DNA of 64,000 nucleotides, from NCBI GenBank assembly GCA_050613775.1, contig JBODTK010000015.1, forward strand, positions 1,240,001 to 1,304,000, read 5' to 3'. Of the stretch, positions 1-16,592 are shown in pieces; position 1 is the first letter of the stretch, and each line of letters begins with the position of its first letter. The translations under genes and the position numbers were made by a program. Under the pieces are notes generated by a model. The model was not told the origin of the DNA. It saw nothing but the letters and a program-made list of their open reading frames with translations, and did no database searches. Source of the DNA: Neocallimastix sp. 'constans' (taxonomy: Eukaryota).

Positions 1-909
1 TTTTTAAAAAAAAAATAAAAATAAAATAAAATAAAAAAGTTTAAAAGGTTTATTTTATTAATTTAAAAAGAAAATAAGAATAAAATTAATAATCATAATT
101 ATTAATATTAATAATAATAATAATAATAATAATTTTATTTAAACCATCAAAGAATACAACTTTAAAATATGAAATTAAAGAAAAAAAAAAAAAAAACTTA
201 ATTTATTGGTAAAAAAAAAGTTTATATATATATTTAATGTATTAATATATATTATATATATATATTATTATTATTAATTAATATTATACTTATTTTAATT
301 CTTTTTTTTTTTTTTTTTTTTTTTTGTTGTTGTTGTTTTTTGTTTTTTTAAAAAAAACTAATGCATAAATTAAAAAAAACTTCTTTCTATTATGTTATTA
401 AATTATAATAAGAATAATGGTAATAATTTTTTTTTAAACTTTTTTTTTTTATTGTTTGTTTATTAAAGCTTATATTTATAGAATAAAGTAATATTATTAT
501 AATATTATTATTGTTATTTTCTTTTTATTAAAAAAAAAAATAAAAATAAAGTAAAATAAAATAAAAAAAAAAATAAAGTATAATCTAAAGTGGTGTGAAA
601 TTTTTTTTTTAAATTAAATTTTGTGGTGAAAAGCTATTCAACTCATTTAGTTAAAAAAAAATAAAATTCACTTTTTTTTTTATTCTTTTTATCTTTTTGG
701 TAATTGAATTACCATAAAAATAAAAAAATAAAAAAAAATTATATTATTTATATATTATATATATATATATTTATATATTTAAAAAAAAATATAAAAAAAA
801 ATTTTTTTTTATTCATAAATTTATTTTGAATATTCCTCTCTTTTCTTTTCTTTTTTATTATTATTTTTTTGTTGTTGTTGTTTTTTATACTTAAAATAAC
901 CATCATTCT

Positions 910-1740
910 CATAATAATAAATAATAAATAATAAATAATAAATAATAAATAATAAATAATAAATAATAAATAATAATAATAAATAATAAATAATTGATTA
1001 ATAAATAGTAAATAATAAATAATAATAAATAATAAATAAAAAATAATAAATAATTGATTAATAAATAGTAAATAATAAATAATAATAAATAATAAATAAT
1101 AAATAATAAATAATAAAAAGAGTATTTATTAATAAATAATAAAAAAAATATTTATTAATAAATAATTGAATAATAATAATAAATAATAAATAATAAATTT
1201 ATATTTTTATAGAATAATTAAAAAAAAATAGCATTAAATGATTGATCAAAAATTAACTAAAAAACTGAAAAAAAATTGAATTAAAAATAATAAAGAAAAA
1301 TAAAAAAAAAAAAATTTTTTTTCTTCCTATTCTTTAAAAGGGTTAAGTTACCTATGTTTGTTTTTATAAAAATAAAAAATAAAAAAAATAATACTAAATT
1401 AATTAAAAAAGAATTAAAAACTAAATGAATTAAATTGTATACAATAGAAACTGATACATTCATTACTATTCTTATAAATAAAATTGGATTTTAATAAATG
1501 TTATTATTCAATTATTTATAATTTAATAATCTATTAATTCTATATATATTTATTATTTATTATTTATTATTTATTATTAATATTATTTATTAATAAATAC
1601 TCTTTTTATTATTTTTTTATTATATTATTAATAAATACTCTTTTTATTATTTATTATTTATTAATAAATCTTCTTATTATTATTTATTATTTATTATTTA
1701 TTAATAAATACTCTTTTTATTATTATTTATTATTTATTAT
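910..1740. repeat. Two oppositely oriented (AATAAAT)n blocks (910-1200 +, 1550-1740 -) carrying the aaaaagagtatttattaataaata core
   Basis: Core on the + strand at ~1115-1138; reverse-complement cores at ~1584, ~1626 and ~1696. Confidence 0.85.
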
Positions 1741-2245
1741 TACCAATACAGTTATTGATTCTCCACTCTATAAATTAATTAATTAATGAATTAATAAATA
1801 AAAAGTTGGTAAAAAATGACAAAATCACCATAAAATTTTATTTCTTTTTTTTATTATTTTTTTTAATTTAAATTTTATATCAAACTTTTTTTTTTAATAG
1901 TTAATAAACTTTTTTTTTAATTAAATTAGATTAAATTAAAATCTTTATCTTTTTTTTTTTTTTTTTTATTTCAATAATATTTAAATTATTTTTATATTTT
2001 TTTTATTTTTATTTTTTTTTTATTTTTATTTTTTTGTTATTGTTATTGTTATTGCTGAGTCAGATAAACTTTTCTATAAAGTATTAACAAAAAAAAAAAG
2101 TTTTTTTTTTTTAAACTTTGGTTATTGTAATCGAATAAAGAATGAAATTTATTATTCAATAAGACACAGTACAATGTAGTAATATAGCTATTATTATATA
2201 TAGAAAATATATGAATCTTTCAATATTTCAAATGAATTTACTTTT

Positions 2246-2278
<33 letters not shown>

Positions 2279-2991
2279 GAGAGAGAAAGAAAGGAAAAAA
2301 AAAATAAAGAAATATTGATTATTTCTTCTCTTCCTTTATTTTTATTTCATATTTTTAAAAATTACAAATAACATTTACTAATAATAATTATAAAAAGTAA
2401 TAAAGTTCACCAATATTTATATAATAAATAATAATAAACCTATAGGTATATATATAATAAATAAATAACAATAAATCTATATATATATTAATATACAATA
2501 AATAATAAACCTATATATAGGTATATATAATAAGTAATGAACCTCTATATATTATATAATAAATTAATAAATAACAAAATTTGTATACATAGAATATAAT
2601 TATAGAAAGATGAGTTAAATTTACCAAATCTAAATCCTATTGATGATATACAATACCCATATATTATAAATTAATTATTTATATATGATAGTACAATAGA
2701 TAACAGAAATAACAATTAAAAATATTAAAAAAAAAAATTATTAAAAAAAAAATTTTTTTAAAATGGAAATAAGAAATTAAATCAGAAATAAATAAAAAAA
2801 ATTAAAAAAATAAAAAATAAACTATAAATGTATATTATATTAAATGTATTATTAACTACTTTTTTTATATGAACTTTTTTTTTTTTTTTTTTAAATAATG
2901 ATTCATTATTATATCATTATTAACTTTTATTAAATATAAACTTTTAAAGCCTTTTTATCATTATTATTACAATTATTACCATTATAATTAC

Positions 2992-3031
<40 letters not shown>

Positions 3032-3411
3032 TATTTATGATGATTTATTATTGTTGTTATTTATTATTCAATTATTTATTATTTTCTTTTTATATTACTT
3101 TATGATGTTTTATAATTATAGTTACTATATAACATTTCTATATTATAGATATATATACTTCATATATAAAGTTTTCTATTTATTTTATATAGATGAATTT
3201 ATTGAATGACATGGCATTTTCATAAAATGATACTTGTTATTTTTATTTTGGTTAATGATTAAAGAGTACTTTAAAAAAAAAAAAAAAAGTATTTATTTGA
3301 CTTAAAGTCATTCCCAGCAATATTATTTACTTCCCTCTAATATTTATTTATTTAAATAAGTGAATAGTATTTATTTATTTATATAATGGTAATAATGATA
3401 GGTAAAAAAAG

Positions 3412-3455
<44 letters not shown>

Positions 3456-4758
3456 CATTGGTACTAACTATTAAAAAAAAAAATAAAGGAAACTTTCATT
3501 TCATCCTATATTAAAGAAATAGAAAAGAGGTATCCTCTATTAATTAATTAAGATTAATAAATAAAATAAATAAAAAAAAACAAAGTTTTATAATTAAAAT
3601 AACTTTATTATTTTAATTATTGTAAAATAATTAGAATAAATAAATAATAATTAGAATAAATAAATAATAATTAAAAATAAATAAATAAGAATTAAAAATA
3701 AATAATATAATTATAATGAAAATATAAATTTTTATTTTTTAATTTTTTAATTTTTAATTTTTTATTTTTTAATTTTGTATAAAAATAGTCTGTATAGCTT
3801 TGCCACATCAGTGGCTATTAACTCTTTTTATTGATTTTAATTTATTTTTACTTTTTTTTTTTTTTATCATTTTTTTTTCTATTATTTATATTAAAAAGAT
3901 AAATATAAATAGATAAAACTATAAATTATGTATAGTGATAGTTAATATAAGAAAACTTTATTTATATAAATTAAATATATAGATATATAAAAATGTTTAT
4001 AGTAAAAAAAAAAATGTATATAAAAATTAGAAAAGTGACCACAACCGTAGTCTTCCTCTATTAAGCTGAAACTTTTAAAGTTCCTTTTTTTTTTTTATTA
4101 TTATTATTATATATATATAAAGTAGAAGAAAAAAAAATTTTTTTATTTCCTCTTAGATTTATTCCTAATTTTTTTTTTTTTTTTTTAAGTTTTTGTTTTA
4201 TTTATGAATTCTTTTTTAATTATTAATCTTTTATTTATAACTAAAAGAAAGATGTTCGTTATTATGTTTTTTTTTTTTTTTATTAATAAATAATAAATAA
4301 TAAATAAAATAAATAATATTAATAATTATTGATAAACATTAATAAGTACCAGACTTTCTTTTTTTTTTATTTTATTTTTATTTTTTTTTTTTAGTCGAGT
4401 GTGGCTTTTTCTTTTAATAAAAATAAAATAAAACCAGATGAATCACCATACAAAATTTATTTTATTTTATTTTATTTTATTTTATTTTTATTCAATCTGT
4501 ACTTTATCTTCACATTTCAATTTTTTATTTTATCCTATTTGTTATAGTTGTAATATTTATTTTGTTATGTACAATAAAAAATATATATATAATACAATAC
4601 AAATAATAGTATTTAATTAATTAATTAATTAATGCAATCATCAATGAATACTTTTATACCATAGCAAATTAAATGTCATAATCCATGAATATGGTAGCTA
4701 TTTTAATTCTATAATCAATAATTCCCATCGCTAACTTAAGCACTTCAATAATAGCATA

Positions 4759-4799
<41 letters not shown>

Positions 4800-5371
4800 G
4801 GTTTAAAACAATTAATTAAAATAAAAAAAAAAAAAAAAAATTTTTTTTTCTCTATAGCATCAACTTTAGATGAAGCAGTGGAGTCTTAGTGGTCCATCAT
4901 AATTCGATAACAATTTTATTAGAAAATTTTAAATTATTTAGTTAGGCCTCATCCATCAGTAGGATACACAATGATATCACAATAATATAACGATACTATT
5001 AAAAATAACAAAGTAATAATATAAATAAATAAATAAATAGATTAATATATATATAGACATCTATGTATTATTATTTTTATTATTTATAATATTTCATAAT
5101 ATTTCACAACATCTACTTTATATCATTTTATTTTTTTTTTTTCCATTTTTATCAAAGATAACACAGTGTTCATCATCAATAATTAGTAATAATAATTTAC
5201 AAATTCTAAGCAGTACATTTTTATGTAAAGTACCTCTCTATAGTACATTCATAACAAATAATAGCATTCATAGCAAATAATACAATAGTACATCAATCAT
5301 CAATATTAAATATTATATAATTTTAAATAATACAAAAAAAAAATTTTTTTTTTTTTTGATGACATTCATTA

Positions 5372-5415
<44 letters not shown>

Positions 5416-7460
5416 TTATTCAATTATTTATTATTCAATTATTATTATTTATTTAATAAATACTCTTTTCTATTATTTGTTATTCATTACTCCTCATTTA
5501 GTATTCCTATTTACTTTTCTATATTTTAATTTTATAGTTTATATTATATATTTTATAATTTTTTTTATTCATTTTTTTTTTTTTTTTGCTTTATATTTTA
5601 TATAAATTATTATATTTTATATATTTCCATATTCTAAAAAAAAAAAAAAAAAAAATAGAAAAAAAAATTTTTTTAATGAATTTTGCCCAATCCAACTTTT
5701 CTTATTTTTTCTAATAAAAAATTATAAAAAATATATTAGTTTCTATTTATTTAATTACATATTATTTTTTATAGGTATATAATTTTTTTTTTGCCATAAT
5801 CTTATTTATTACTATAAAAAAAAAATTTTTTTTTTTTAAACATTTACCTTTATTACTTTTCTTAACTATTCTCTTGACCTTTCATGTACCATCTCAAGAA
5901 TAATAATACTAATATTATTATCTATTATTATCTATTTTAAAATTAATATAATCTATAATCTATTTTATTATCTATTTTATTATCTACTTTAATATTAATA
6001 TTATCTATAATCTATTTTATTATCTATTTTATTATTTATTTAGTATTACTCATTATTATTTACTATGATTTATTTAATATTGATTTTATCTTTACTTTTT
6101 TATTCCTTTAATTATTCATGTATAACTCCATTTCATTAGGACAGTTTGAAATGATTTAGACAATAATTTAAATAAATAATAAGTGGAAACAATAAATAAT
6201 AAATAAATAAATAATAAACATTTAGTAAATAAATAAATAAATAAATAATAAAAAGAGTATTTATTGAATAATAATTGAATAAAAATAAATAATAAACAAT
6301 TAGTAAATAAATAAATAATATAAAGAGTATTTAATGACTAATAATTAAATAAATAATAGAATAAATAATAAATATATAATGGAATAAATAAAAAGTAATG
6401 GAATAATAAATACTATGAATAATTAAATAATTGAATAATTAAATAATAATATTAAATAATGGAATAATTGAATAAGAAATAAATTTCTTTTTTTTCTAAT
6501 TAATAAATAAAATAAATAAAAAATTAATTAATAATAAATTCTTTTTTAACTCTAAAATAATAAAAGTTTCCTTAACTTTGTTTTCTTTTTTCTTTTCTTT
6601 TTTTTGTTTTCAATATTAATTAAATTTGAATGTATTTAAATATCTAATGTATATAATATTATATTATATTATATTATATTATATTATATTATATTGTATA
6701 ATTTAACTATTAAATAAAATAAAAATTTTTTCTAATAATTGAATTATCGATTGGTACAAAATTAAATTAAATTAAATTGAAAAAAAAAAAAAAAAGTGGC
6801 AACTTCACGAATTACCTTTATTAGTACATTTTTATTTTTATTTTTATTTTATTTATTTAAGCATTCATTTATTAATATTTATCTAATTATTTATTAATTC
6901 ATACATTCATTAAGATTTATCTAATTATTTATTATTCATTTATTTATATTCATATTTAGTATTTATATATTAATATTTATTAATATATATTTATTTATTT
7001 ATTTATTAATATTTATTTATTTATTTATTTATTTTTAAATAAATAAAATTTTTTTTTTTTTTTGAGTTTAAAACTTTATTTAAATTAATAATTTAAATTA
7101 ATTTTTTTTTATAACCGGAAAGGATTCCTTTATTTTTATTTTTACTTTTATAAAGATATTGGAAATAATAAATAATAATAGAATAGAAATAAAATTGAAA
7201 TAATAATAATAATAATAATAAAAAATAATAATAATAAAATAATAATAAATAATAATAATAATAATAATAATAAAGTAATAATAAATAATAATAAAATAAT
7301 AATCTTTATTTTTTTGATGATAAAATATTAATGTTGAATAATAATTCAACATTAATATTTTAAGAGTGACCTATTGATATAGAAATATATAAAGGCATAT
7401 TTTATGAATGTAAATGAATTACACCACCATACATTAGAGATAATCTAAAAAAAAAAAAAA

Positions 7461-7660
7461 AATAAAACAATAGAAATAATAATAATAAAATATTAAATAA
7501 AATAAAACAATAGAAATAATAATAATAAAATATTAAATAAAATAAAACAATAGAAATAATAATAATAAAATATTAAATAAAATAAAACAATAGAAATAAT
7601 AATAATAAAATATAAAATAAAATAAAACAATAGAAATAATAATATATAAAATATAAAATA
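7461..7660. repeat. Tandem minisatellite, ~5 x 40 bp
   Basis: aataaaacaatagaaataataataataaaatattaaataa recurs, with tagaaat at 7471, 7511, 7551, 7591 and 7631. Confidence 0.9.
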
Positions 7661-7977
7661 AAATAAAAGTAAAAAAAAAAAATCCATCATTCAAGAATGA
7701 TTTAATTTTATTATATTTAATAATAATAATAATAATAAAATTTTTTTTTGAGGGGGCGGATTTTAAGATGAATAGCAAGTACAATGATCATTTAATTTCA
7801 ATGTCAATTTCTTTAAATTTTTTACTATTTTAATTATTTTTATTATTTTTATTTTAATTATTTTAATTATTTTTATTTGAATTATTTTTATTTTATTAAT
7901 GATAAAAAGAAAGAAAGAAAGAAACCATTTCTCATTTTTTCTTTGGTTGCTTTCGTTTTTTGATTTTTGTATATATT

Positions 7978-8018
<41 letters not shown>

Positions 8019-8394
8019 CATTCTCTAAAATTATTATATTTCAACCAATGAAAACTTAAAAAGATTCTTTTAAATAAATAAAATAGTTAATAGATATATT
8101 ATAGATTATATGTTATATTATAGATTAATTTAATTAAAAAAAAAAAAAAAAGAAAACGAAAATAAAAAGGAAAGAAAAGAAAGAAAAGAAATTAAATTAA
8201 AATAAAAGAAATTAAATTAAAATAAAAGAAATTAAAAAAAAAAAAGTTAACTAATAAGATATCAATAATTAACGTATAATTAATTAATAACTAGTCAATA
8301 ATTTATAGAAATAAAAATCAAGGAATAATAAAATAATAAAATTGTAAAGAAAGAAAAAAAAAAAAAATTATTAAACTATTAACTATTAACAATT

Positions 8395-8490
8395 AACTAT
8401 TAACTATTAACTATTAACTATTAACTATTAACTATTAACTATTAACTATTAACTATTAAATAATAAATAATAACTATTAACTATTAAATA
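8395..8490. repeat. (TAACTAT)n heptamer microsatellite
   Basis: Direct reading of taactattaactattaactat..., with degenerate copies nearby. Confidence 0.9.
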
Positions 8491-10264
8491 ATAAATATTA
8501 AATAATAAATATTAAATATTAAATATTAAGGAATAAATAGTGAATGAAAACAAGTTAATATTAGCTATTAACTATTGAATAATAAATAATGGAATAATAA
8601 ATATTAACTACTTATTATCTATTACATATTAAATAATAGGAATAAAATATAATCTACGAAATAATAAATAGATAATAAATATTAACCATTAAATAGTAAA
8701 AAGAAATACTTTTTAAAAGTAATGAAAAGAAAATTAAAAAAAAAAAAAAAAAACTTTTTTTTTTTGACTTAACCGAAACCATTAGTAAGAAGGGTTAGAT
8801 TCATTTTACTTTTAACACAAGCATAACAAACAAAAAACAAAAAAAAACTTAATTATTAAGAAAAAATAAAAATAAATGGAAAAAAAAAAAAAAGAAAATA
8901 TTTAATTATTATTACAATATTTTAAAAAAAAAAATAAATAATAAAATAAAATATAAAAAAAAAATAAAAAATTAAAAAATCATTCCTTTGTAAAGTATTG
9001 AAATACAATTAAAAAGAAAGTTTTTTTTTTTTATATATATATATTTATATATATATGAAAATTGAAATCTTGAAATATTAAGATAAATAAAAGAGAAGAG
9101 AATGAAGGCATTTCATCATTGGAAAGAAAAGTCTTAAAAGTTGAATTTAAAAAAAAAATATATATTATATATATTATATATATTATATATATAAATATAT
9201 TAAAAAAAAATTTAAAAAAATAAAATAATAATAAATCATATTAAATCATATTAAATTTAATTTTTTTTTTTTATATTTAAGAGAGAGAAAGGTGAATGGA
9301 TAATACAAGAAAGGTGAATAAATTTAAATATATATATATTTTTTTATTCACTTAAAAAATAGATAAACTTTTTAAAAAAAAAAAAAATCTTATATCCACT
9401 TTGAGAAGGAAGGAAAGAGTCTAGACTCTCTTAAATACTTTTAACTATTATTAACTATTATTAACTCTTATTTTTTAATAGTTTATTAATAGTTTTAAGT
9501 AATATATATTTTAAATAGTGTTTAAATAATAATATTTTTTTTTTCTTTTTTCTATTTATGTATTGATTGGTTAATCATAAAAAAAAATTATAAAATTATA
9601 TATTTATTAATATTTATATATTTATATATTTATATATTTATATTTATATTTATATTTATATTTATATATTTAATTGTTATAAAATTTTTTTTATGAATAA
9701 TTTTTTTTTATTCCTATTATCTTTATTATCTTTATATTCCTATTTTTTCCTATTTTTTTTTATTTCAATTATTTTTTTTATTCCTATTTTTTTTATATTT
9801 TATATTTTTGTATAATCATTATCTTAAAAAAAAAAAAAGGATTGATGGTATAAAATAAACATTAAATTTATATAGAGATTTACCTATACTAATTATTTTG
9901 TTATCTTTTTCTATTATTTTTTTTCTTTTTTTTTTTTTCTCTTTTTCCTTTTTTCTTTTTTTTTTTTTTTTTTTTCTAAAGTTAACCTTCTGTTGAGTTG
10001 AAATGAATTTAGGAATGAAAAAAAAAACTGACAGATTCTTTCTTCTTCATTTTTTTATTTTTTTTTTTTTTTTTGAAATTAAAAAAAAACATATATTTAT
10101 ATAATATATATTATAATGTATATTATATTGTATATATATATATATTATATACTATATTATATACTATATATACTATATTTTATATATATTTTGTACTTTT
10201 AAATAAATAAATGTATGTATTGATTAATAAATAAATAAATGAATAAAAAGTTATGTATAAGAAG

Positions 10265-10386
10265 ATAAATAAGGAAAGTTTGTAGGTAGGATAGGATAAA
10301 TAAGGAAAGTTTACATGTATTAATAAAATAAATAAGGAAAGTTTACATGTATTAATAAAATAAATAAGGAAAAGTTTGTAGGTAGA
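10265..10386. repeat. Four-unit ~30-bp tandem repeat with two variant tails (A-B-B-A)
   Basis: ataaataaggaaagttt is followed by gtaggtag, acatgtattaataaa, acatgtattaataaa and gtaggtag in turn. Confidence 0.85.
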
Positions 10387-10684
10387 AACATCCTAAAAAA
10401 TAATATATAAAAAAATATTATAAATACAAAATAAATTTATTTTTTATTTTATTTATTATTGGCATACTGTAATCATTTCATAATAATTTAATTCATTGTA
10501 AAATATATGAATGAATGCATACATAATAAACTAAATAAATTTCTAATCATTAAAAAAAAATTTAAAAATGTTTTTTTTTTTTTTAAATGACGAATTTTTC
10601 CCCACTTCAAGATGATGAATTCTTTATTTTTTTTTCTTATTATAAATACAATCCATTACTATTATTACTATGACCATTATTATA

Positions 10685-10855
10685 AAATACAATCTTTTTA
10701 TTATTATTATTAAAAAAAAAAAAACAATCTGTTAATACAATCTTTTTATTATTATTATTAAAAAAAAAAACAATCTGTTAATACAATTTTTTTATTATTA
10801 TTATTAAAAAAAAAAACAATCTGTTAATACAATTTTTTTATTATTATTATTATTA
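10685..10855. repeat. Tandem repeat, ~4 x 45-48 bp
   Basis: aatacaat(c)tttttattattattatt-polyA-caatctgtt repeated, with variable A-run length. Confidence 0.85.
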
Positions 10856-11044
10856 TAAAAAAAAATAATTAAAAAATAATCAATAAAATAAAAAGTAATT
10901 TTAAATTTCATTTTTCTTTTCAACCCTTTTTTTCATTCATAATTGTCTTTTCTTTTTTTAATATTTTTTAAATAAATTATTATGTTAGAAGTATAATATA
11001 ATAAATCATATAATATAAAAATTTAAAAATAATTTATTTATTTG

Positions 11045-11083
<39 letters not shown>

Positions 11084-12173
11084 TTATGGATTGATGATTA
11101 TTGATGGATAATTATTGATGGATGTTATTAGTTAAATTGACATCAATAAATAAATAAATAATTAATTAATAAATAAATAATAATTAACAAATAAATAATA
11201 ATTAATTAATAAATAAATAAATAATTTTTTAATTTAATTTTTGTACCTACGAAAAAATAAAATTTTTTTATATCTTTTTGCCAATATCTCTTCAAAAAAA
11301 AAATAAAATAAAATAAAATAAATAAAAAGGAAAAGTTCATTTTACCTTCTCTTTTTCTTTTATTTAATTTATTTTAGTTGTATTTCTTTATTTTATATAT
11401 TTTTTATTATTTTTTATTATTTTATATATTTATATATAAATTTATTAAAAGGGAATTAAATAATGGAATAATAAATAATTAACTAATTAATTAATAATAA
11501 TTATCATTTTATTCCATTATTTATTCAATTATTAATAATAAATACTCTGCTGTTGATTATTCAAATTATTTAATTATTAATTAATTAATTAATTCATTAT
11601 TCTATTATTTACTAATAAATACTTTTTTCATTATTCAATTATATATTATTCAATTATTTATTATTTATTAATAAATACTCTTTTTATTATTCAATTATTC
11701 CATTATTTACTAATATTAGTTAGTAGTTATTATTCAATTATTTACTAATAAATACTCATTCTATTATTCATTTATTTATTTCATTCATTTATTTCATTAT
11801 TTCATTTCATTTATTCAAATAAAAATAAATAAAAAAAAAAAAAAAAAAATAAAAGAAAATTTAAAAAAAAAAATTTTTTTTTGATTGTTTGTTTCATCTT
11901 TTAATTGATTTTTTTTCATTTTTTCATTTTTTCATTTTTTTTTTTATTTCGTAAAATTTCAAATTTTAATTTTTTTCATTTTTAACCAAACAGAGAGCAG
12001 AAAACAGAAAACAGAAAACAGAAAAAAAAAATAAAAAATAAAAAAAAATGTGGAAAAATTTTAAATAAGAAAAAAATAAAAAAAAAAAATTTTTTTTTTT
12101 TATTTTGTTTTGTTTTATTATTTTTTATTATTTATAAAAAAATATAAAAATAAAAATAAAAAATAGAAAATGA

Positions 12174-12204
<31 letters not shown>

Positions 12205-14199
12205 TTATTTTAAGATTTGTTAGAAAAGAAAAAAAAAATTTTTTTGATTCTATATTCATATATTTATATATATATTTATATATTTAAATATTTATATATT
12301 TATATATTTATATATTTATATATTTATATATTTATATATTTATATATTTATATATATATTTTTTTTTTAAATTATAGCTAAGAGATATATGGAATATAAA
12401 GTGTAAAATATGAAATATATAAAAATCTATAGATCAGAGCTATTGAAAAATAATATTTTTATATAGAAATATTATTTTCAAATATATGTTAACTATTGTA
12501 AATCCCTTAAAATGTTATAAATCCTATAAAATATTATAAATCATTTCAATAAATTTTTTTTTTATTTTCTATATAAAATATAGTTAATAATGATATTTAT
12601 TTAAAACCTATTCCATCTATTTAATTATCTTTAATGTTATTGATTTAGATTTTAAAATATATTAACAGAAAAAAAAAAAAAAGAAAGAAAAATAAAAGAA
12701 AGAAATAAAGAAATAAAAAATAATAATAATAAATAAAAATATAAATATAAATATATATAAAAGAAGTTTCAAACTCTAATAAAAACTAAAAAATACAATA
12801 AATTATAAATAAAATTAAAATTAAAAATTATAATGTTATATATACAAAAATTATATAAAAAAAAAATGTTAATTATATATAAATATAAATATAAATATAA
12901 ATTTATTTTTATTATTTATTATTTATTATTATTATCTGTATTTTTATTTAAAAAAATTTTTTTTAATGAATATTTTCATTAAATAAAAATATTAAATAGA
13001 AAAAAAAAAAAAAGTTTATTATTTATTATTTTTTTATTATTATTTTTTAATTTTTAATTATCGAATGTAATACAAAGAAAAAACTTTTTTTTTTTTTTTT
13101 CTTTAAAGTTTAGTCCACTAAACTATAGAAAATACAGAATTTGAAAAAAAAAAAAAAAAAAAAAAAGTAAAGTAGCTTTAATAACAGAAAATGATAGAAA
13201 AAGCGAATTTTAATTAAAAAAAAAAAAAAAAAAAAAAAAAAGATAAAAGATAAAAGAAAAGAATGAATTTTATTAAATATTTAATTAATTTGAATAATTA
13301 AATAATTATTCTTTATAGGTTTAAAAATAATAAAATAATAAAATAATAAAATAATAAAATAATAAAAATAATAAAATAATAAAAATAATAAAATAATAAA
13401 ATAATAAAATAATAAAATAATAAAATAATAAAATCATAAAATAATAAAATCATAAAATAATAAAATAAATAATAAATAAATATATTTAATAGTATTTATA
13501 GATAGATTAATCATTTTATAAAATTATTATTATTTTATAATTTTATAGTATGAAAATAAAAGTAGGATCGGCCGTTTGTTTTTAAATATAAATATAAATA
13601 TTATATATTATATATTTCATATTATATATTATATATTATATATTTTATATTATATATATTTTTCGTCAAATAAAATTTTATTATGATTTTATTTTTTTTT
13701 TTTTAGAAAAAAAAAACTCGGAAGGGAAAAAAGAAAAAAAAAACTAAAATTTTTAATAATTCATTTATAGGTGTAGTAATTAACAATTCTTATTTAAATA
13801 TTTATTAACATTGATGTTTTTTTTTATTTATATATATATGATAGTTTAATTTTTATTATTATTATTATTATTATTTTTTATATACATATAATTATTTTTT
13901 TTTTTATTATTTTATCATTCATTATGTTTTTTTTTTTTTTTTTTTTTATTTTCTTGTTAATTATTTCGTGTAGATTATAAACATTCCTTTTTATTAAATA
14001 TAAAGGCATCAATCTCTATTTTTTCCCTTAATGAATGATGATTTCAATTATAAAAACTTTTTTTTTTTTATTATTTTAAATTTTTTTTTAACCAATAGTT
14101 TTCAAAGAAAAAAAAATTTTTTTTTTTTATAAAAATATAAAAATATATTTAAATAGATTTAAATAAATGTTAAATAATTGAATAAGAAAAAAAAAAATA

Positions 14200-15165
14200 A
14201 TAAATAATAAATAATAATATTTGATAAATATTTAAATAATAATAAATAATAAAAGAAATATTTATTAATAAGAAATAGTAAAATAGTAAAATAATTAAAT
14301 AATAAAAAGAGTATTTATTAATAAATAATAAATAATAAATAATTGAATAATAAATAATAAATAATAAATAATAAATAATAAATAATAAATAAATAAATAA
14401 ATAAATTAATAAATAATAAATAATAAAATTATAATAAATAATAAATAATAAATAATAAATAATAAATAATAAATAATAAATAATAAATAATAAATAATAA
14501 ATAAATAAATAAATAAATTAATAAATAATAAATAATAAAATTATAATAAATAATAAATAATAAATAATAAATAATAAATAATAAATAATAAATAATAAAT
14601 AAATAAATAAATAAATTAATAAATAATAAATAAATAAATAATAAATAATTAAATAATAAATAATAAATAATAAATAATTGAATAATAAATAATAAATAAT
14701 AAATAATTGAATAATAAATAATAAATAATAAATAAATAAATAATAAATAATAACTAATAAATAATAAATAAATAAATAATAAATAAATAATTGAATAATA
14801 AATAATAAATAATAAATAATAAATAATAAATAATAAATAATAAATAATAAATAATAAATAATAAATAATAAATAATAAATAATAAATAATAAATAATAAA
14901 TAATAAATAATTAAATAATAAATAATAAATAATAAATAATAAATAATTGAATAATAAATAATAAATAATAAATAATAAATAATTGAATAATAAATAATAA
15001 ATAATAAATAAATAATAAATAATAAATAAATAAATAATATTAATAAATAAATAAATAATATTAATAAATAAATAAATAAATAATAAATAATAAATAATAA
15101 ATAATAAATAATTGAATAATAAATAATAAATAATAAATAATAAATAAATAAATAAATAAATAAAT
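14200..15165 (+). repeat. Large (AATAAAT)n heptamer satellite block
   Basis: About 1 kb of aataaat units with occasional aattg(a)/aatta variants. Explains the spurious IIYYLLF ORF at 14754-15170. Confidence 0.95.
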
Positions 15166-15741
15166 ACCATTCACCTAAAAATTCATAAAAAAAAGATGAA
15201 TATATCTATCTTATCATCAACTATAAATATTAAGAACCCTTCAATAAAAAGAGCTAATACAAGATAGCAAGGTTTTCGTGTTCAAGGTTATGCTGAAGCC
15301 TTGAATTCATTGACTTTGGGTTGAAAATTATCAAAAGAGGATGACATGACCCCTTAGAAATTTCTAAATCTGTGATTAATGAAACCAAAAAAAAAAAAAA
15401 AAAAGGTTTATTATTAAAATATATATATATATATTATTGATAAAAATGACATTCATGCTATTTCAATTGATGAAATTTTATACAAGTTGATAAGAATTGG
15501 CTTAAACCAAGACGTATTCCTTCCATTCCACTGTTGTCATATCTTATATATTTTTAGAGTTTTGGAAGATTTTCATATATGGATTTGATTAAATAGTGTA
15601 TTCGTATCAGTAATATATCCCTCGGATTCTAATTCTGATTCTGATTCCAAAATTAAATAATAAAAAAATAAAAACTGTCGAATCCATTATGGGTTATAGA
15701 TTAATTTTAATTTTAATTTTTTAATTTCAATAATCAAAAAA

Positions 15742-15778
<37 letters not shown>

Positions 15779-16540
15779 AATAAAGAATGAAATATTTCTA
15801 CTTCCTTTCATCCATCAATTAAATAAATAGTAAGTGATGTCAGGGAAAAAAACACAACTTTATAGATATAAGAATATACTTTAAAATTTTTTTAATTTTC
15901 AAGTATTGGTATAAATCGACTAAAATAAATCTGTAGTAGTAAATCCGATTTGATCGGATCATCAACGACCACCACGACCACCGATAGAATCATAGCTTTA
16001 ATTTTCATTCAAAGAAAAAAAAAAAAAAAAAAAAAAGTTAAGGGGGTTCAAAATAAGGAAGTTACTATAATATATAAATGATATACTTGGTCTTTTCATG
16101 CCACTTTTATATAAATAAGTTTGATATCATATAACTTTATATGTGTATATATATATATAATTTATCTATATTATTGATATAGACGTTATTTTGATTTATA
16201 AAAATTTGATATATATAATTATTCTCTTATCTTTCTATATATATATATTGGTATAAGACATCATATTGATTTATATAATTTTAACAAATCATTTATTCAG
16301 CTCATGTCATTGGCATGATTTCTTTATTAACAAAAAAAAAAAAAATTTTAGAATAAATCATATTATTTATTTATTCATTCAATTTGAAAACAACTTATTA
16401 ACACTCCACCTCACCCTTTGAAGATATATTTATATATTTTACTATTTTTTTTTTTTTTTTTTAAAATATATATAAATAATATATATATATATATAAGTCA
16501 TTTGGTGATGAAAGTTAAAGTGGTGATGATGATATTCACT

Positions 16541-16592
<52 letters not shown>

